Assembly (NCBI RefSeq): GCF_009914755.1
Contig: NC_060932.1
Length of the DNA stretch: 64,000 nucleotides
Source of the DNA: the human T2T-CHM13v2.0 reference genome, Homo sapiens
Strand: one strand, 5' to 3'
A model generated the notes under the pieces. The model worked only from the letters and a program-made list of their open reading frames with translations, made no database searches and was not told the origin of the DNA. The translations under genes were made by a program, and so were the position numbers. Below, piece by piece: positions 41,626-56,100 of the stretch (its first letter is position 1; each line of letters opens with the position of its first letter).

Positions 41626-44600
41626 AGCATTCGCAGAATCACGTTTGTGATGTGTGCACTCAACTGTCAGAATTGAACCTTGGTTTGGACAGAGCACTTT
41701 TGAAACACTCTCTTTGTAGAATCTGCAGGTGGATATTTGGCTAGCTTTGAGGATTTCGTTGGAAACGGTAATGTCTTCAAAGAAAATCTAGACAGAAGCA
41801 TTCTCAGAAACACCTTCGTGATATTTGCAATCAAGTCACAGAGTTGAACCTTCCGTTTCATAGAGCAGGTTGGAAACACTCTTTTTGTAGTATCTGGAAG
41901 TGGACATTTGGAGGGCTTTGTAGCCTATCTGGAAAAAGGAAATATCTTCCCATGAATGCGAGATAGAAGTAATCTCAGAAACATGTTTATGCTGTATCTA
42001 CTCAACTAACTGTGCTGAACATTTCTATTGATAGAGCAGTTTTGAGACACTCTTCTTTTGGAATCTGCAAGTGGATATTTGGATAGATTTGAGGATTTCG
42101 TTGGAAACGGGATTATATATAAAAAGTAGACAGCAGCATTCTCAGAAACTTCTTTGTGATGTTTGCATCCAGCTCTCAGAGTTGAGCAATCCCTTTCATA
42201 GAGTAGGTTTGAAACCCTCTTTTTATAGTGTCTGGAAGCGGGCATTTGGAGCGCTTTCAGGCCTATGCTTAAAATAGGAAATATCTACCTACAGAAACTA
42301 GACAGAAGCATTCTGAGAATCACGTTTGTGATGTGGGTACTCAACTAACAGTGTTGATCCATTCTTTTGATACAGCAGTTTTGAACCACACTTTTTGTAG
42401 AATCTGCAAGAGGATATTTGGATAGCTGTGAGGATTTCGTTGGAAACGGGAATGTCTTCAAAGAAAATCTAGACAGAAGCATTCTCAGAAACACCTTCGT
42501 GATGTTTGCAATCAAGTCACAGAGTTGAACCTTCCGTTTCATAGAGCAGGTTGGAAACACTCTTATTGTAGTATCTGGAAGTGGACATTTGGAGCGCTTT
42601 CAGGCCTATGGTGAAAAAGGAAATATCTTCCCATAAAAACGACATAGAAGCTATCTCAGGAACTTGTTTATGATGCATCTAATCAACTAACAGTGTTGAA
42701 CCTTTGTACTGACAGAGCAGTTTGAAACACTCTTTTTTTGGAATCTGCAAGTGGATATTTGGATCGCTTTGAGGATTTCGTTGGAAACGGGATGCAATAA
42801 AAAACGTACACAGCAGCATACTCAGAAAATACTTTGCCATATTTCCATTCAAGTCACAGAGTGGAACATTCCCATTCATAGAGCAGGTTTGAAACACTCT
42901 TTTTGGAGTATCTGGAAGTGGACATTTGGAGCGCTTTCTGAACTATGGTGAAAAAGGAAATATCTTCCAATGAAAACAAGACAGAAGCATTCTGAGAAAC
43001 TTATTTGTGATGTGTGTCCTCAACAAACGGACTTGAACCTTTCGTTTCATGCAGTACTTCTGGAACACTCTTTTTGAAGATTCTGCATGCGGATATTTGG
43101 ATAGCTTTGAGGATTTCGTTGGAAACGGGCTTACATGTAAAAATTAGACAGCAGCATTCTCAGAAACTTCTTTGTGGTGTCTGCATTCAAGTCACAGAAT
43201 TGAACTTCCCCTCACATAGAGCAGTTGTGCAGCACTCTATTTGTAGTATCTGGAAGTGGACATTTGGAGGGCTTTGTAGCCTATCTGGAAAAAGGAAATA
43301 TCTTCCCATGAATGCGAGATAGAAGTAATCTCAGAAACATGTTTATGCTGTATCTACTCAACTAACTGTGCTGAACATTTCTATTGATAGAGCAGTTTTG
43401 AGACACTCTTCTTTTGGAATCTGCAAGTGGATATTTGGATAGATTTGAGGATTTCGTTGGAAACGGGATTATATATAAAAAGTAGACAGCAGCATTCTCA
43501 GAAACTTCTTTGTGATGTTTGCATCCAGCTCTCAGAGTTGAACATTCCCTTTCATAGAGTAGGTTTGAAACCCTCTTTTTATAGTGTCTGGAAGCGGGCA
43601 TTTGGAGCGCTTTCAGGCCTATGCTTAAAATAGGAAATATCTACCTATAGAAACTAGACAGAAGCATTCTGAGAATCACGTTTGTGATGTGGGTACTCAA
43701 CTAACAGTGTTGATCCATTCTTTTGATACAGCAGTTTTGAACCACACTTTTTGTAGAATCTGCAAGTGGATATTTGGATAGCTGTGAGGATTTCGTTGGA
43801 AACGGGAATGTCTTCATAGAAAATTTAGACAGAAGCATTCTCAGAACCTTGATTGTGATGTGTGTTCTCCACTAACAGAGTTGAACCTTTCTTTTGACAG
43901 AACTGTTCTGAAACATTCTTTTTATAGAATCTGGAAGTGGATATTTGGAAAGCTTTGAGGATTTCGTTGGAAACGGGAATATCTTCAAATAAAATCTAGC
44001 CAGAAGCATTCTAAGAAACATCTTAGGGATGTTTACATTCAAGTCACAGAGTTGAACATTCCCTTTCACAGAGCAGGTTTGAAACAATCTTCTCGTACTA
44101 TCTGGCAGTGGACATTTTGAGCTCCTTGGGGCCTATGCTGAAAAAGGAAATATCTTCCGACAAAAACTAGACAGAAGCATTCGCAGAATCACGTTTGTGA
44201 TGTGTGCACTCAACTGTCAGAATTGAACCTTGGTTTGGAGAGAGCACTTTTGAAACACTCTTTTTGTAGAATCTGCAGGTGGATATTTGGCTAGCTTTGA
44301 GGATTTCGTTGGAAACGGTAATGTCTTCAAAGAAAATCTAGACAGAAGCATTCTCAGAAACACCTTCGTGATGTTTGCAATCAAGTCACAGAGTTGAACC
44401 TTCCGTTTCATAGAGCAGGTTGGAAACACTCTTTTTGTAGTATCTGGAAGTGGACATTTGGAGGGCTTTGTAGCCTATCTGGAAAAAGGAAATATCTTCC
44501 CATGAATGCGAGATAGAAGTAATCTCAGAAACATGTTTATGCTGTATCTACTCAACTAACTGTGCTGAACATTTCTATTGATAGAGCAGTTTTGAGACAC

Positions 44601-46724
44601 TCTTCTTTTGGAATCTGCAAGTGGATATTTGGAGAGATTTGAGGATTTCGTTGGAAACGGGATTATATATAAAAAGTAGACAGCAGCATTCTCAGAAACT
44701 TCTTTGTGATGTTTGCATCCAGCTCTCAGAGTTGAACATTCCCTTTCATAGAGTAGGTTTGAAACCCTCTTTTTATAGTGTCTGGAAGCGGGCATTTGGA
44801 GCGCTTTCAGGCCTATGCTTAAAATAGGAAATATCTACCTACAGAAACTAGACAGAAGCATTCTGAGAATCACGTTTGTGATGTGGGTACTCAACTAACA
44901 GTGTTGATCCATTCTTTTGATACAGCAGTTTTGAACCACACTTTTTGTAGAATCTGCAAGAGGATATTTGGATAGCTGTGAGGATTTCGTTGGAAACGGG
45001 AATGTCTTCAAAGAAAATCTAGACAGAAGCATTCTCAGAAACACCTTCGTGATGTTTGCAATCAAGTCACAGAGTTGAACCTTCCGTTTCATAGAGCAGG
45101 TTGGAAACACTCTTATTGTAGTATCTGGAAGTGGACATTTGGAGCGCTTTCAGGCCTATGGTGAAAAAGGAAATATCTTCCCATAAAAACGACATAGAAG
45201 CTATCTCAGGAACTTGTTTATGATGCATCTAATCAACTAACAGTGTTGAACCTTTGTACTGACAGAGCAGTTTGAAACACTCTTTTTTTGGAATCTGCAA
45301 GTGGATATTTGGATCGCTTTGAGGATTTCGTTGGAAACGGGATGCAATATAAAACGTACACAGCAGCATACTCAGAAAATACTTTGCCATATTTCCATTC
45401 AAGTCACAGAGTGGAACATTCCCATTCATAGAGCAGGTTGGAAACACTCTTTTTGGAGTATCTGGAAGTGGACATTTGGAGCGCTTTCTGAACTATGGTG
45501 AAAAAGGAAATATCTTCCAATGAAAACAAGACAGAAGCATTCTGAGAAACTTATTTGTGATGTGTGTCCTCAACAAACGGACTTGAACCTTTCGTTTCAT
45601 GCAGTACTTCTGGAACACTCTTTTTGAAGATTCTGCATGCGGATATTTGGATAGCTTTGAGGATTTCGTTGGAAACGGGCTTACATGTAAAAATTAGACA
45701 GCAGCATTCTCAGAAACTTCTTTGTGGTGTCTGCATTCAAGTCACAGAATTGAACTTCCCCTCACATAGAGCAGTTGTGCAGCACTCTATTTGTAGTATC
45801 TGGAAGTGGACATTTGGAGGGCTTTGTAGCCTATGTGGAAAAAGGAAATATCTTCCCATGAATGCGAGATAGAAGTAATCTCAGAAACATGTTTATGCTG
45901 TACCTACTCAACTAACTGTGCTGAACATTTCTATTGATAGAGCAGTTTTGAGACACTCTTCTTTTGGAATCTGCAAGTGGATATTTGGATAGATTTGAGG
46001 ATTTCGTTGGAAACGGGATTATATATCAAAAGTAGACAGCAGCATTCTCAGAAACTTCTTTGTGATGTTTGCATCCAGCTCTCAGAGTTGAACATTCCCT
46101 TTCATAGAGTAGGTTTGAAACCCTCTTTTTATAGTGTCTGGAAGCGGGCATTTGGAGCGCTTTCAGGCCTATGCTGAAAAAGGAAATATCTACGTATAGA
46201 AACTAGACAGAAGCATTCTGAGAATCACGTTTGTGATGTGGGTACTCAACTAACAGTGTTGATCCATTCTTTTGATACAGCAGTTTTGAACCACACTTTT
46301 TGTAGAATCTGCAAGTGGATATTTGGATAGCTGTGAGGATTTCGTTGGAAACGGGAATGTCTTCATAGAAAATTTAGACAGAAGCATTCTCAGAACCTTG
46401 ATTGTGATGTGTGTTCTCCACTAACAGAGTTGAACCTTTCTTTTGACAGAACTGTTCTGAAACATTCTTTTTATAGAATCTGGAAGTGGATATTTGGAAA
46501 GCTTTGAGGATTTCGTTGGAAACGGGAATATCTTCAAATAAAATCTAGCCAGAAGCATTCTAAGAAACATCTTAGGGATGTTTACATTCAAGTCACAGTG
46601 TTGAACATTCCCTTTCACAGAGCAGGTTTGAAACAATCTTCTCGTACTATCTGGCAGTGGACATTTTGAGCTCCTTGGGGCCTATGCTGAAAAAGGAAAT
46701 ATCTTCCGACAAAAACTAGACAGA
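41626..46724 (+). repeat. Two 15-mer HORs (starts 41626, 44176; 2550 and 2549 bp)
   Basis: Anchor spacing. Confidence 0.93.
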
Positions 46725-49700
46725 AGCATTCGCAGAATCACGTTTGTGATGTGTGCACTCAACTGTCAGAATTGAACCTTGGTTTGGACAGAGCACTTTT
46801 GAAACACTCTTTTTGTAGAATCTGCAGGTGGATATTTGGCTAGCTTTGAGGATTTCGTTGGAAACGGTAATGTCTTCAAAGAAAATCTAGACAGAAGCAT
46901 TCTCAGAAACACCTTCGTGATGTTTGCAATCAAGTCACAGAGTTGAACCTTCCGTTTCATAGAGCAGGTTGGAAACACTCTTTTTGTAGTATCTGGAAGT
47001 GGACATTTGGAGGGCTTTGTAGCCTATCTGGAAAAAGGAAATATCTTCCCATGAATGCGAGATAGAAGTAATCTCAGAAACATGTTTATGCTGTATCTAC
47101 TCAACTAACTGTGCTGAACATTTCTATTGATAGAGCAGTTTTGAGACACTCTTCTTTTGGAATCTGCAAGTGGATATTTGGATAGATTTGAGGATTTCGT
47201 TGGAAACGGGATTATATATAAAAAGTAGACAGCAGCATTCTCAGAAACTTCTTTGTGATGTTTGCATCCAGCTCTCAGAGTTGAGCATTCCCTTTTATAG
47301 AGTAGGTTTGAAACCCTCTTTTTATAGTGTCTGGAAGCGGGCATTTGGAGCGCTTTCAGGCCTATGCTTAAAATAGGAAATATCTACCTACAGAAACTAG
47401 ACAGAAGCATTCTGAGAATCACGTTTGTGATGTGGGTACTCAACTAACAGTGTTGATCCATTCTTTTGATACAGCAGTTTTGAACCACACTTTTTGTAGA
47501 ATCTGCAAGAGGATATTTGGATAGCTGTGAGGATTTCGTTGGAAAGGGGAATGTCTTCAAAGAAAATCTAGACAGAAGCATTCTCAGAAACACCTTCGTG
47601 ATGTTTGCAATCAAGTCACAGAGTTGAACCTTCCGTTTCATAGAGCAGGTTGGAAACACTCTTATTGTAGTATCTGGAAGTGGACATTTGGAGCGCTTTC
47701 AGGCCTATGGTGAAAAAGGAAATATCTTCCCATAAAAACGACATAGAAGCTATCTCAGGAACTTGTTTATGATGCATCTAATCAACTAACAGTGTTGAAC
47801 CTTTGTACTGACAGAGCAGTTTGAAACACTCTTTTTTTGGAATCTGCAAGTGGATATTTGGATCGCTTTGAGGATTTCGTTGGAAACGGGATGCAATATA
47901 AAACGTACACAGCAGCATACTCAGAAAATACTTTGCCATATTTCCATTCAAGTCACAGAGTGGAACATTCCCATTCATAGAGCAGGTTGGAAACACTCTT
48001 TTTGGAGTATCTGGAAGTGGACATTTGGAGCGCTTTCTGAACTATGGTGAAAAAGGAAATATCTTCCAATGAAAACAAGACAGAAGCATTCTGAGAAACT
48101 TATTTGTGATGTGTGTCCTCAACAAACGGACTTGAACCTTTCGTTTCATGCAGTACTTCTGGAACACTCTTTTTGAAGATTCTGCATGCGGATATTTGGA
48201 TAGCTTTGAGGATTTCGTTGGAAACGGGCTTACATGTAAAAATTAGACAGCAGCATTCTCAGAAACTTCTTTGTGGTGTCTGCATTCAAGTCACAGAATT
48301 GAACTTCCCCTCACATAGAGCAGTTGTGCAGCACTCTATTTGTAGTATCTGGAAGTGGACATTTGGAGGGCTTTGTAGCCTATCTGGAAAAAGGAAATAT
48401 CTTCCCATGAATGCGAGATAGAAGTAATCTCAGAAACATGTTTATGCTGTATCTACTCAACTAACTGTGCTGAACATTTCTATTGATAGAGCAGTTTTGA
48501 GACACTCTTCTTTTGGAATCTGCAAGTGGATATTTGGATAGATTTGAGGATTTCGTTGGAAACGGGATTATATATAAAAAGTAGACAGCAGCATTCTCAG
48601 AAACTTCTTTGTGATGTTTGCATCCAGCTCTCAGAGTTGAGCATTCCCTTTTATAGAGTAGGTTTGAAACCCTCTTTTTATAGTGTCTGGAAGCGGGCAT
48701 TTGGAGCGCTTTCAGGCCTATGCTTAAAATAGGAAATATCTACCTACAGAAACTAGACAGAAGCATTCTGAGAATCACGTTTGTGATGTGGGTACTCAAC
48801 TAACAGTGTTGATCCATTCTTTTGATACAGCAGTTTTGAACCACACTTTTTGTAGAATCTGCAAGAGGATATTTGGATAGCTGTGAGGATTTCGTTGGAA
48901 AGGGGAATGTCTTCAAAGAAAATCTAGACAGAAGCATTCTCAGAAACACCTTCGTGATGTTTGCAATCAAGTCACAGAGTTGAACCTTCCGTTTCATAGA
49001 GCAGGTTGGAAACACTCTTATTGTAGTATCTGGAAGTGGACATTTGGAGCGCTTTCAGGCCTATGGTGAAAAAGGAAATATCTTCCCATAAAAACGACAT
49101 AGAAGCTATCTCAGGAACTTGTTTATGATGCATCTAATCAACTAACAGTGTTGAACCTTTGTACTGACAGAGCAGTTTGAAACACTCTTTTTTTGGAATC
49201 TGCAAGTGGATATTTGGATCGCTTTGAGGATTTCGTTGGAAACGGGATGCAATATAAAACGTACACAGCAGCATACTCAGAAAATACTTTGCCATATTTC
49301 CATTCAAGTCACAGAGTGGAACATTCCCATTCATAGAGCAGGTTGGAAACACTCTTTTTGGAGTATCTGGAAGTGGACATTTGGAGCGCTTTCTGAACTA
49401 TGGTGAAAAAGGAAATATCTTCCAATGAAAACAAGACAGAAGCATTCTGAGAAACTTATTTGTGATGTGTGTCCTCAACAAACGGACTTGAACCTTTCGT
49501 TTCATGCAGTACTTCTGGAACACTCTTTTTGAAGATTCTGCATGCGGATATTTGGATAGCTTTGAGGATTTCGTTGGAAACGGGCTTACATGTAAAAATT
49601 AGACAGCAGCATTCTCAGAAACTTCTTTGTGGTGTCTGCATTCAAGTCACAGAATTGAACTTCCCCTCACATAGAGCAGTTGTGCAGCACTCTATTTGTA

Positions 49701-50629
49701 GTATCTGGAAGTGGACATTTGGAGGGCTTTGTAGCCTATCTGGAAAAAGGAAATATCTTCCCATGAATGCGAGATAGAAGTAATCTCAGAAACATGTTTA
49801 TGCTGTATCTACTCAACTAACTGTGCTGAACATTTCTATTGATAGAGCAGTTTTGAGACACTCTTCTTTTGGAATCTGCAAGTGGATATTTGGATAGATT
49901 TGAGGATTTCGTTGGAAACGGGATTATATATAAAAAGTAGACAGCAGCATTCTCAGAAACTTCTTTGTGATGTTTGCATCCAGCTCTCAGAGTTGAACAT
50001 TCCCTTTCATAGAGTAGGTTTGAAACCCTCTTTTTATAGTGTCTGGAAGCGGGCATTTGGAGCGATTTCAGGCCTATGCGGAAAAAGGAAATATCTACCT
50101 ATAGAAACTAGACAGAAGCATTCTGAGAATCACGTTTGTGATGTGGGTACTCAACTAACAGTGTTGATCCATTCTTTTGATACAGCAGTTTTGAACCACA
50201 CTTTTTGTAGAATCTGCAAGTGGATATTTGGATAGCTGTGAGGATTTCTTTGGAAACGGGAATGTCTTCATAGAAAATTTAGACAGAAACATTCTCAGAA
50301 CCTTGATTGTGATGTGTGTTCTCCACTAACAGAGTTGAACCTTTCTTTTGACAGAACTGTTCTGAAACATTCTTTTTATAGAATCTGGAAGTGGATATTT
50401 GGAAAGCTTTGAGGATTTCGTTGGAAACGGGAATATCTTCAAATCAAATCTAGCCAGAAGCATTCTAAGAAACATCTTAGGGATGTTTACATTCAAGTCA
50501 CAGAGTTGAACATTCCCTTTCACAGAGCAGGTTTGAAACAATCTTCTCGTACTATCTGGCAGTGGACATTTTGAGCTCCTTGGGGCCTATGCTGAAAAAG
50601 GAAATATCTTCCGACAAAAACTAGACAGA
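46725..50629 (+). repeat. 23-mer HOR variant (3905 bp)
   Basis: Anchor spacing is 3905. The 8-mer blocks at 47067 and 48423 share rare SNVs. Confidence 0.93.
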
Positions 50630-53179
50630 AGCATTCGCAGAATCACGTTTGTGATGTGTGCACTCAACTGTCAGAATTGAACCTTGGTTTGGACAGAGCA
50701 CTTTTGAAACACTCTCTTTGTAGAATCTGCAGGTGGATATTTGGCTAGCTTTGAGGATTTCGTTGGAAACGGTAATGTCTTCAAAGAAAATCTAGACAGA
50801 AGCATTCTCAGAAACACCTTCGTGATATTTGCAATCAAGTCACAGAGTTGAACCTTCCGTTTCATAGAGCAGGTTGGAAACACTCTTTTTGTAGTATCTG
50901 GAAGTGGACATTTGGAGGGCTTTGTAGCCTATCTGGAAAAAGGAAATATCTTCCCATGAATGCGAGATAGAAGTAATCTCAGAAACATGTTTATGCTGTA
51001 TCTACTCAACTAACTGTGCTGAACATTTCTATTGATAGAGCAGTTTTGAGACACTCTTCTTTTGGAATCTGCAAGTGGATATTTGGATAGATTTGAGGAT
51101 TTCGTTGGAAACGGGATTATATATCAAAAGTAGACAGCAGCATTCTCAGAAACTTCTTTGTGATGTTTGCATCCAGCACTCAGAGTTGAGCATTCCCTTT
51201 CATAGAGTAGGTTTGAAACCCTCTTTTTATAGTGTCTGGAAGCGGGCATTTGGAGCGCTTTCAGGCCTATGCTTAAAATAGGAAATATCTACCTACAGAA
51301 ACTAGACAGAAGCATTCTGAGAATCACGTTTGTGATGTGGGTACTCAACTAACAGTGTTGATCCATTCTTTTGATACAGCAGTTTTGAACCACACTTTTT
51401 GTAGAATCTGCAAGAGGATATTTGGATAGCTGTGAGGATTTCGTTGGAAACGGGAATGTCTTCAAAGAAAATCTAGACAGAAGCATTCTCAGAAACACCT
51501 TCGTGATGTTTGCAATCAAGTCACAGAGTTGAACCTTCCGTTTCATAGAGCAGGTTGGAAACACTCTTATTGTAGTATCTGGAAGTGGACATTTGGAGCG
51601 CTTTCAGGCCTATGGTGAAAAAGGAAATATCTTCCCATAAAAACGACATAGAAGCTATCTCAGGAACTTGTTTATGATGCATCTAATCAACTAACAGTGT
51701 TGAACCTTTGTACTGACAGAGCAGTTTGAAACACTCTTTTTTTGGAATCTGCAAGTGGATATTTGGATCGCTTTGAGGATTTCGTTGGAAACGGGATGCA
51801 ATAAAAAACGTAAACAGCAGCATACTCAGAAAATACTTTGCCATATTTCCATTCAAGTCACAGAGTGGAACATTCCCATTCATAGAGCAGGTTTGAAACA
51901 CTCTTTTTGGAGTATCTGGAAGTGGACATTTGGAGCGCTTTCTGAACTATGGTGAAAAAGGAAATATCTTCCAATGAAAACAAGACAGAAGCATTCTGAG
52001 AAACTTATTTGTGATGTGTGTCCTCAACAAACGGACTTGAACCTTTCGTTTCATGCAGTACTTCTGGAACACTCTTTTTGAAGATTCTGCATGCGGATAT
52101 TTGGATAGCTTTGAGGATTTCGTTGGAAACGGGCTTACATGTAAAAATTAGACAGCAGCATTCTCAGAAACTTCTTTGTGGTGTCTGCATTCAAGTCACA
52201 GAATTGAACTTCCCCTCACATAGAGCAGTTGTGCAGCACTCTATTTGTAGTATCTCGAAGGGGACATTTGGAGGGCTTTGTAGCCTATCTGGAAAAAGGA
52301 AATATCTTCCCATGAATGCGAGATAGAAGTAATCTCAGAAACATGTTTATGCTGTATCTACTCAACTAACTGTGCTGAACATTTCTATTGATAGAGCAGT
52401 TTTGAGACACTCTTCTTTTGGAATCTGCAAGTGGATATTTGGATAGATTTGAGGATTTCGTTGGAAACGGGATTATATATAAAAAGTAGACAGCAGCATT
52501 CTCAGAAACTTCTTTGTGATGTTTGCATCCAGCTCTCAGAGTTGAACATTCCCTTTCATAGAGTAGGTTTGAAACCCTCTTTTTATAGTGTCTGGAAGCG
52601 GGCATTTGGAGCGCTTTCAGGCCTATGCTTAAAATAGGAAATATCTACCTATAGAAACTAGACAGAAGCATTCTGAGAATCACGTTTGTGATGTGGGTAC
52701 TCAACTAACAGTGTTGATCCATTCTTTTGATACAGCAGTTTTGAACCACACTTTTTGTAGAATCTGCAAGTGGATATTTGGATAGCTGTGAGGATTTCGT
52801 TGGAAACGGGAATGTCTTCATAGAAAATTTAGACAGAAGCATTCTCAGAACCTTGATTGTGATGTGTGTTCTCCACTAACAGAGTTGAACCTTTCTTTTG
52901 ACAGAACTGTTCTGAAACATTCTTTTTATAGAATCTGGAAGTGGATATTTGGAAAGCTTTGAGGATTTCGTTGGAAACGGGAATATCTTCAAATCAAATC
53001 TAGCCAGAAGCATTCTAAGAAACATCTTAGGGATGTTTACATTCAAGTCACAGAGTTGAACATTCCCTTTCACAGAGCAGGTTTGAAACAATCTTCTCGT
53101 ACTATCTGGCAGTGGACATTTTGAGCTCCTTGGGGCCTATGCTGAAAAAGGAAATATCTTCCGACAAAAACTAGACAGA
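50630..53179 (+). repeat. 15-mer HOR (2550 bp)
   Basis: Anchor spacing is 2550. Confidence 0.93.
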
Positions 53180-56100
53180 AGCATTCGCAGAATCACGTTT
53201 GTGATGTGTGCACTCAACTGTCAGAATTGAACCTTGGTTTGGACAGAGCACTTTTGAAACACTCTTTTTGTAGAATCTGCAGGTGGATATTTGGCTAGCT
53301 TTGAGGATTTCGTTGGAAACGGTAATGTCTTCAAAGAAAATCTAGACAGAAGCATTCTCAGAAACAACTTCGTGATGTTTGCAATCAAGTCACAGAGTTG
53401 AACCTTCCGTTTCATAGAGCAGGTTGGAAACACTCTTTTTGTAGTATCTGGAAGTGGACATTTGGAGGGCTTTGTAGCCTATCTGGAAAAAGGAAATATC
53501 TTCCCATGAATGCGAGATAGAAGTAATCTCAGAAACATGTTTATGCTGTATCTACTCAACTAACTGTGCTGAACATTTCTATTGATAGAGCAGTTTTGAG
53601 ACACTCTTCTTTTGGAATCTGCAAGTGGATATTTGGATAGATTTGAGGATTTCGTTGGAAACGGGATTATATATAAAAAGTAGACAGCAGCATTCTCAGA
53701 AACTTCTTTGTGATGTTTGCATCCAGCTCTCAGAGTTGAGCATTCCCTTTCATAGAGTAGGTTTGAAACCCTCTTTTTATAGTGTCTGGAAGCGGGCATT
53801 TGGAGCGCTTTCAGGCCTATGCTTAAAATAGGAAATATCTACCTACAGAAACTAGACAGAAGCATTCTGAGAATCACGTTTGTGATGTGGGTACTCAACT
53901 AACAGTGTTGATCCATTCTTTTGATACAGCAGTTTTGAACCACACTTTTTGTAGAATCTGCAAGTGGATATTTGGATAGCTGTGAGGATTTCGTTGGAAA
54001 CGGGAATGTCTTCAAAGAAAATCTAGACAGAAGCATTCTCAGAAACACCTTCGTGATGTTTGCAATCAAGTCACAGAGTTGAACCTTCCGTTTCATAGAG
54101 CAGGTTGGAAACACTCTTATTGTAGTATCTGGAAGTGGACATTTGGAGCGCTTTCAGGCCTATGGTGAAAAAGGAAATATCTTCCCATAAAAACGACATA
54201 GAAGCTATCTCAGGAACTTGTTTATGATGCATCTAATCAACTAACAGTGTTGAACCTTTGTACTGACAGAGCAGTTTGAAACACTCTTTTTTTGGAATCT
54301 GCAAGTGGATATTTGGATCGCTTTGAGGATTTCGTTGGAAACGGGATGCAATATAAATCGTACACAGCAGCATACTCAGAAAATACTTTGCCATATTTCC
54401 ATTCAAGTCACAGAGTGGAACATTCCCATTCATAGAGCAGGTTGGAAACACTCTTTTTGGAGTATCTGGAAGTGGACATTTGGAGCGCTTTCTGAACTAT
54501 GGTGAAAAAGGAAATATCTTCCAATGAAAACAAGACAGAAGCATTCTGAGAAACTTATTTGTGATGTGTGTCCTCAACAAACGGACTTGAACCTTTCGTT
54601 TCATGCAGTACTTCTGGAACACTCTTTTTGAAGATTCTGCATGCGGATATTTGGATAGCTTTGAGGATTTCGTTGGAAACGGGCTTACATGTAAAAATTA
54701 GACAGCAGCATTCTCAGAAACTTCTTTGTGGTGTCTGCATTCAAGTCACAGAATTGAACTTCCCCTCACATAGAGCAGTTGTGCAGCACTCTATTTGTAG
54801 TATCTGGAAGTGGACATTTGGAGGGCTTTGTAGCCTATCTGGAAAAAGGAAATATCTTCCCATGAATGCGAGATAGAAGTAATCTCAGAAACATGTTTAT
54901 GCTGTATCTACTCAACTAACTGTGCTGAACATTTCTATTGATAGAGCAGTTTTGAGACACTCTTCTTTTGGAATCTGCAAGTGGATATTTGGATAGATTT
55001 GAGGATTTCGTTGGAAACGGGATTATATATAAAAAGTAGACAGCAGCATTCTCAGAAACTTCTTTGTGATGTTTGCATCCAGCTCTCAGAGTTGAGCATT
55101 CCCTTTCATAGAGTAGGTTTGAAACCCTCTTTTTATAGTGTCTGGAAGCGGGCATTTGGAGCGCTTTCAGGCCTATGCTTAAAATAGGAAATATCTACCT
55201 ACAGAAACTAGACAGAAGCATTCTGAGAATCACGTTTGTGATGTGGGTACTCAACTAACAGTGTTGATCCATTCTTTTGATACAGCAGTTTTGAACCACA
55301 CTTTTTGTAGAATCTGCAAGTGGATATTTGGATAGCTGTGAGGATTTCGTTGGAAACGGGAATGTCTTCAAAGAAAATCTAGACAGAAGCATTCTCAGAA
55401 ACACCTTCGTGATGTTTGCAATCAAGTCACAGAGTTGAACCTTCCGTTTCATAGAGCAGGTTGGAAACACTCTTATTGTAGTATCTGGAAGTGGACATTT
55501 GGAGCGCTTTCAGGCCTATGGTGAAAAAGGAAATATCTTCCCATAAAAACGACATAGAAGCTATCTCAGGAACTTGTTTATGATGCATCTAATCAACTAA
55601 CAGTGTTGAACCTTTGTACTGACAGAGCAGTTTGAAACACTCTTTTTTTGGAATCTGCAAGTGGATATTTGGATCGCTTTGAGGATTTCGTTGGAAACGG
55701 GATGCAATATAAAACGTACACAGCAGCATACTCAGAAAATACTTTGCCATATTTCCATTCAAGTCACAGAGTGGAACATTCCCATTCATAGAGCAGGTTG
55801 GAAACACTCTTTTTGGAGTATCTGGAAGTGGACATTTGGAGCGCTTTCTGAACTATGGTGAAAAAGGAAATATCTTCCAATGAAAACAAGACAGAAGCAT
55901 TCTGAGAAACTTATTTGTGATGTGTGTCCTCAACAAACGGACTTGAACCTTTCGTTTCATGCAGTACTTCTGGAACACTCTTTTTGAAGATTCTGCATGC
56001 GGATATTTGGATAGCTTTGAGGATTTCGTTGGAAACGGGCTTACATGTAAAAATTAGACAGCAGCATTCTCAGAAACTTCTTTGTGGTGTCTGCATTCAA

